Positions 61,270-64,000 of a stretch of 64,000 nt of DNA are shown here, one piece after another. The DNA is taken from NCBI RefSeq assembly GCF_963921235.1, contig NC_086118.1, forward strand, positions 9,610,001 to 9,674,000, written 5' to 3'. The translations under genes and the position numbers were made by a program. The notes under the pieces are model-generated. The model did not search any database. It saw only the letters and a list, made by a program, of their open reading frames with translations, and was not told the DNA's origin. Every line of letters begins with the position of its first letter. Within the stretch, counting starts at the first letter, position 1. This DNA is from Mobula hypostoma (taxonomy: Eukaryota).

Positions 61270-62620
61270 GGCTCAGAGTTATACAGCAGGAATACAGACT
61301 CTTCAGCCCATAGGATGCCAGTCCATCCAATCTGCCTATCTAAGCTAATCTCATTTGCCTATCTTTGGCCCATATCCCTCAAAACATTTTCTATCCATGA
61401 ACCTATCCAAATTTCTTTTAAACATTATAATTGTGCCCTCCTCTACCACCTCCCCTGGCACATACCTGCCACCCTCTGTGTGAAAAATCCGTCTCTTGTA
61501 TACTCTTGAAAAATTTCCTCCCTCACCTGAAACCTATGCCATCTAGTTTTAGAATCACAAATCTTGGGAAAAAGTTAGGTTTCTCATAATTTTGTAAATT
61601 ACCATAAGGTCACTTCTGAACCACCATCGCAACAGGAAAATATTCCCAGTTTATCTAGTCTCTCCCTATAACTGAAGCCTCTTGACAGAGGCACCATTCT
61701 TGTGAATCTTTTTTTGCACTCTTTCCAACTTAATCACATCCTTCCTATAGCATGGAAGCAGAACTCCACACAATATTCTAACCAGTGATTTGTACAACTG
61801 CAACGACAACCCACCTCTTATACTTAATGACTAGGCTGATAAATATAAACATACCATACACCAGTCTATCAGCCGATGTAGCCACTTTCATGACGCCATC
61901 TATGAACTTGTACCTCAAGGTCCTGCCATTCACTGTGAATGCCCTTGCCTGGTTTAACTTCTCAAAATATGACTATGTACTTGTCTGAGTTAAATTCCAT
62001 CAGCCATTCCCTCACCCACTTTCTCTGTTCATCTAGATCTGATTATAGCCTTAGAAAACCTTCTGTATTGTCCAGTATAGCACCAAATTTGATGTCTTTT
62101 GCAACTTACTATTCATGCCATGTACACTTGCTTCCAAATCATTCATATACTGCATATAACAATGAAAGATCCAGCACCAGTCCGTGCAGAACTTCACTGG
62201 CTACAAATGCTCCTATCTGAAAAGTAACTTTCCACTTCCACCCACTGCCTCCTACCACAACGACAATTTTGCAACCAATTTGCTATCTCACCCTAGATCT
62301 CCATTATTCTAACCATTTGGACCAGTCTACCATGCAGTATCTTGTCAAGGGCCTTGTTATAGTCCATGCAGGCAACCTCCACCCTCACTGCTCTCATTAA
62401 CCCCCTTGGTCATATCCAGAAAAATTTATTAGAGCAATCTGCCATGAACAAAGTTATAAAAAAAGATCTCTAATCAGTCCTTGCCTTTCCAAATGTAAAT
62501 AAATCCTGTCCCTTAGAATGATGTCAGTAATTTCCCTGCCACTAATGTAAGGATTACCAGCCAGTTCTTGCAGACATTCTTCAATTTGCTTGTAACATTG
62601 GCCATTCCCCAGTTTTCCAG
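61270..62620 (-). mobile_element. CR1 LINE RT region, decayed; the same segment recurs at about 63035-63145
   Basis: Antisense KALDK (cttgtcaagggcctt) and CR1 3' UTR; atcagtcc.tgcctttccaaatgtaaataaatcctgtccct occurs twice. Confidence 0.75.
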
Positions 62621-63949
62621 AACCTCAATCATAGAAAATGAGTTTGTGCAACTAAACAGCTTGCTGGGATTTTTCAGAGGGCAAAGTTATGTATTGGCAT
62701 TGGATCAATCAGGTGCACATCTTCTCCTTCCCTTAAAACTGATGTCACCTTTTCAGCATTGGCTTTTTTTTATTTCCATACATTTTAACACTAAGTGTAA
62801 AATTGCCAACTGACTTATTTTCACTGGATTATCCAGTGAACACTACTGAACTGTTAATACTATAAAATACCTTCTATATTAAGATACCTGTTAACTAATG
62901 TATTCCTATTTTTCTGGAGAAAGATTGACAGGAGTCCATCACTAATCATAGAAAAATGTCATTACCAAGGATAATTTCAACACAGCTCGAAGATGAGAAT
63001 TTCATCTTCCAAATGAACAGTTAAATTTTTGAGACATGAACAAAGCCATGCTGACTATCAGTCCCTGCCTTTCCAAATGTAAATAAATCCTGTCCCTCAA
63101 AATCCCTTCCAGTAATTTCTCCACTACAGATGTAAAGCTCACCATCTAGCTCTTGTAGACACTCTTCAACATGGGTGTAACACTGGCTCCAGTCATCCAG
63201 TATCTCAGTTAATCTTCACAATTTCAGACAACCAGTTTTTCCAGAATTTGGCATAGGGTCATAGAGTTGTAAAGCATGGAAACAGAGCTATCAGTCCATT
63301 ATCCAGTCCATGATACCTACAGTATTCTAGTACGTTATCAAGAATGTATAAATTATACAACCTTGAGATTTGCTTGCTCACAGATAGCCCCAAAGCAAGA
63401 AACCCAAAAGAACTCAATTAAAGAAAAACTAGATTGAAAGTGAAAATAGAAGCCCAGCACTCGATGTGCAAGAGAAAGAAAAAAAATCATGCAAACAATT
63501 GAAGCGAACAACATCCCATTTACCTGCAATAGGTCCATAGCTTTGTGTCTTTACAAGTTGTAGTTCATATCGTCAACTCTCACTGTTTGTTTCATCTGAT
63601 AAATTCAAATAATGTGTGTTTCTCCTGCATGCACCTTTTCCAAACTGACCTTGCGAAACCTTCTACCACCCTATTTCACCTTGTACCAACCTTTTTGTCA
63701 TTCATTCACTTCCTCCTCATCAAATCACAAAGCTTCCCTTTTGTCTCTCCTCCCCTTTCTCTCGAACCTGCATCTTGAAACTTGTTTCAATTCCAACATA
63801 AATTTTAAAAAAGCAGTTGTTCTGATAAAAGATTATTGATCCAAAACCTATTTCTTTATTTACAGAACATTAACAATTCTGTTTTTATTTCATGAATCTG
63901 CAATACTTGCTTCATTAATGTCAAAGCAATCCCCATTATTTTACACTTT

Positions 63950-64000
63950 TATAACCATATAAACAATATAACCATATAAACCATATAACCATATAACAAT
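63950..64000 (-). repeat. (AACCATAT)n-like microsatellite, probable CR1 3' tail
   Basis: ataaccatat repeats at the window edge. Confidence 0.6.

Noticed and set aside
1-64000. CRISPR arrays, tRNA/rRNA genes, prokaryotic operons
   Set aside because: No regularly spaced repeat-spacer array. The tRNA-like boxes belong to SINE heads, and the sequence is eukaryotic intron-exon DNA.

Overview
AT-rich, CpG-depleted vertebrate genomic DNA. The repeat families suggest a cartilaginous fish, probably a ray (inference). The window lies inside a + strand T-type voltage-gated calcium channel alpha-1 gene, best matching CACNA1G/Cav3.1. Four phase-compatible GT-AG coding exons are present (30022-30119, 43802-43961, 50773-51079, 61100-61192), encoding domain I from the end of S3 through S4, S5, the turret, the pore loop and the start of S6. 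The introns are mostly transposon debris: CR1, Rex1/Babar-like, L2 and Tx1 LINEs, V- and Deu-type SINEs, a full-length decayed IR/DR Tc1, an internally deleted Chapaev3, Harbinger and Gypsy relics, MITEs and many Penelope-like (GIY-YIG) pieces. The most notable non-coding signals are: (i) about ten minimal hammerhead-ribozyme-like motifs carried by the Penelope-like ends; (ii) short fold-back derivatives of those ends; (iii) recurrent 10-11 bp target-site duplications (TSDs); (iv) a ~190 bp direct repeat bracketing the S4 exon; (v) template-switch and templated-insertion scars; (vi) a Gypsy deletion that appears to join the RT and RNase H IAD motifs. All family names come from recalled motif similarity, not database searches. 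Boundaries of decayed repeats are approximate.
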